Shown in pieces: positions 61,718 through 64,000 of a DNA stretch of 64,000 bases. Numbering within the stretch: position 1 is the first letter of the stretch; each line of letters starts with the position of its first letter. Position numbers and translations under genes: made by a program. The DNA comes from Nitrosopumilus sp. (GTDB lineage Archaea; Thermoproteota; Nitrososphaeria; Nitrososphaerales; Nitrosopumilaceae), in assembly GCA_965223425.1 (NCBI GenBank), contig OZ245003.1, positions 2,016,001 to 2,080,000 on the forward strand. The letters run 5' to 3'. Under the pieces are notes generated by a model, which worked only from the letters and a program-made list of their open reading frames with translations, ran no database searches and had not been told where the DNA came from.

Positions 61718-61810
61718 TTAAGATCTTGGTTTTCCAGATTTCTTTTTTTTGCGAGTTTCAGCCCTTTGATCAGCATGTCTTTGATGCTTACCTTTCTTTC
61801 TCATTGGCAT
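61718..61810 (-). CDS. Putative 30-aa highly basic peptide
   Basis: MPMRKKGKHQRHADQRAETRKKKKSGKPRS. Confidence 0.45.
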   Translation of the reverse strand: MPMRKKGKHQRHADQRAETRKKKKSGKPRS

Positions 61811-61845
61811 GCTGGTCTTGAGTATTCAGCGATAGTTAATTGTTA

Positions 61846-62991
61846 TCATTTTGTCTCAATATCAAGAAAATCAAACTCTTGACACTTGCAAGGAACATTA
61901 AGGATCTGAGAAACCCCTGGTGATACATCATCACTGTTCACAAATCGCTTTATGGGAAGACCTCCTTCAGTTTCGATAAACATGGTAAATTTATTATCAG
62001 AATTCCTTTTGTATTTTATAGAAAAAATTTTCTTTTCAGAACGCTTTCCAGACTTTTCATATACTACAATAGGGCATTTATGAAGATCTTTTAATTTTTT
62101 TAGGTTTTTTGAATAAACTTTAGATTCTGTAGATATTTTTACCTCTATTGACGAATTAAATTTGAGAGGTTTTTTTGGAGATTCTAAAACTAGCTTAGGA
62201 CTAATAATTTTTAGAAAGTCAAATTTTTTAGAAGTCAGTTTTGAATTTCTTCTTAGTGGGTTTTGAATCTTGACAAAAAACGGTCTTCCCTTGCCTAAAA
62301 CTAGACTGGATTTATCTTCACCGCCAATCCATGTGAATTTAGCAGTTGTTCCACCAAATTTTTCAAAAAGAAATTGAGAGATAGTCCCTTCAACACTATC
62401 AAATTCTGATATTCCATGGAAATTGCAAACTCTGCATCCTTTTCCAGAACAGTTGGAGCAAGATTTTTGTTTTTGTGGCATTCCCCTCAAAGTTTTGATA
62501 TATCGTCCAGAAAGAGTTATTGATTTTGAACGTAATTCGCAAGATTCATCTTTTAGATTTACGGTAAAAGTCAAATCCGGATCCAAAAAATCAACTGTCC
62601 GTTTTGTTTTTCTGGAAAATAGTTTTCCCAATTCTCTTGTTATATCGGTCTTCACACTGTCAGTTCCTTTTAATTTGTATTTTGAGCGGATATAATCATC
62701 CCTATCAACAATGGAGGGTTTGATGATAGCACCTACGCTAAATGATGAAAAAGAATAGTTTGACGAAACATCGAGCATTAGTTTCAAAAAATGGTTTAGA
62801 TTATCAAACAGGTTTTTACATATATGACATTTCTGGGCTGAGTTTAGGTTTTTCCCAAGTTTTTTACCAAGAATCTTATTTGATGAAAGATGTAATTGTT
62901 TTGAAAATAATCTGCCTAAACATTGCTCACACAATTCATGGTTTTGTAAGATTTGGTTTGCAATAACAAGAATTTTTTGATAATCAGACAT
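61846..62991 (-). CDS. pus10: tRNA pseudouridine(54/55) synthase Pus10
   Basis: CEQCLGR/CHIC, GRYIK..R..PQ, GGED, GRPF, EGGL.IK. Confidence 0.88.
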   Translation of the reverse strand: MSDYQKILVIANQILQNHELCEQCLGRLFSKQLHLSSNKILGKKLGKNLNSAQKCHICKNLFDNLNHFLKLMLDVSSNYSFSSFSVGAIIKPSIVDRDDYIRSKYKLKGTDSVKTDITRELGKLFSRKTKRTVDFLDPDLTFTVNLKDESCELRSKSITLSGRYIKTLRGMPQKQKSCSNCSGKGCRVCNFHGISEFDSVEGTISQFLFEKFGGTTAKFTWIGGEDKSSLVLGKGRPFFVKIQNPLRRNSKLTSKKFDFLKIISPKLVLESPKKPLKFNSSIEVKISTESKVYSKNLKKLKDLHKCPIVVYEKSGKRSEKKIFSIKYKRNSDNKFTMFIETEGGLPIKRFVNSDDVSPGVSQILNVPCKCQEFDFLDIETK

Positions 62992-63015
62992 GTTAGAAAA
63001 TAATTGTGTGTAAGA

Positions 63016-63999
63016 TTATCCCAAACCCATTCTTCTAAGCGTGCCCTGCATTTGGCGGCCTTTGGAGGCCTTCATCATATTCTTAGAATTCTTGTAATTT
63101 TTGAGCAGTTCTTTAACTTCACCTTCCGACCAACCAGAACCTCGAGCAATTCTTTTGATTCGTGAGGGATTAAGTAACTCAGGACTTGCTTTTTCATCTT
63201 TGGTCATACTCTGAATGATATAGCGCCATTTCTCTACTCTACCTTCCATTTGATCTAGCTGATCATCTTTTACCATTCCTGAAAGACCAGGCATACTTTC
63301 AAGAAAACCTTTCAATGAACCAACTTTAGTGACTTCTTCTAATTGATAAAAGAAATCATCCATATTCATTTTTCCACTAGAGATTCTTTTCATTCTTACA
63401 TCATCCCCTACATCTTCCAATCGTTTGGCCAAATCTAGCACTGCTTGAACATCACCCATTCCAAGTAATCGTCCAACGAATCGCGTTGGAGAAAATTTTT
63501 CTAAATCATCAATTCGTTCGCCAGTACCAATGTACATTATTTGTGCACCAGTAGCTGCAGATGCAGCAAGCGCACCACCACCTTTTGCAGAACTATCCAA
63601 TTTTGTAATGACAACACCACCAACGGGAATGGTTTTATGAAACGCCTCTGCTTGATTGTAGCATTGTTGTCCTATAGTTCCATCAATAACAAGTAATGCC
63701 AAATCTGGCTCTGCAACTATGTTTATTCGAGACATTTCTTCTAATAGATCGTGTTCTTCTTTGTGACGACCGGCTGTATCAATTAAAATTATATCCAGAG
63801 GCTGGCCGCCAAAATGTTTCAGTCCATTTTTAACAATACTGGGAGAATCTTTGTTGTTTTCTTCGCCGTACACTTCAACGTTTGATTTTTCACACATAGT
63901 TTTGAGTTGAACTAATGCACCAGGTCTGTAGGTATCAGCACCTACAACTCCAACTGCATATCCTTGCCTTGTCAAAAACTTGGCAAGTTTTGATGTAAC
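63016..63999 (-). CDS. srp54: Signal recognition particle protein SRP54 (5' end outside window)
   Basis: DTYRPGA, DTAGRH, TKLD, AKGGGA, M-domain RIARGSG. Confidence 0.96.
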   Translation of the reverse strand, partial: VTSKLAKFLTRQGYAVGVVGADTYRPGALVQLKTMCEKSNVEVYGEENNKDSPSIVKNGLKHFGGQPLDIILIDTAGRHKEEHDLLEEMSRINIVAEPDLALLVIDGTIGQQCYNQAEAFHKTIPVGGVVITKLDSSAKGGGALAASAATGAQIMYIGTGERIDDLEKFSPTRFVGRLLGMGDVQAVLDLAKRLEDVGDDVRMKRISSGKMNMDDFFYQLEEVTKVGSLKGFLESMPGLSGMVKDDQLDQMEGRVEKWRYIIQSMTKDEKASPELLNPSRIKRIARGSGWSEGEVKELLKNYKNSKNMMKASKGRQMQGTLRRMGLG

Positions 64000-64000
64000 A

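Overview
Chromosomal segment of an ammonia-oxidising archaeon, most likely Nitrosopumilaceae. The call rests on class I LysRS, the archaeal ADH/DHQ-synthase-II shikimate operon, futalosine-pathway genes, eS24/eS31, Pus10 and SRP54. The segment carries a very heavy, GC-richer IS load and a serpin, a pattern typical of host (e.g. sponge)-associated lineages. Housekeeping blocks (1-8.5, 10-12, 19-22, 32-45, 55-64 kb) alternate with nested mobile-element islands. Two RNA-guided signals stand out. (1) A catalytically intact TnpB gene with no TnpA is bounded by 25-bp terminal inverted repeats (TIRs) and an 8-bp target duplication (TSD) of IS6 type; its predicted guide would be the TIR itself. (2) Four full-length IS110/IS1111 insertions of three different types each sit inside or at the tip of the TIR of another DDE transposon, and each carries bridge-RNA-like non-coding segments whose guide-like words match that TIR and its own donor junction. 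All calls were made by eye without database searches; family names are motif-based.
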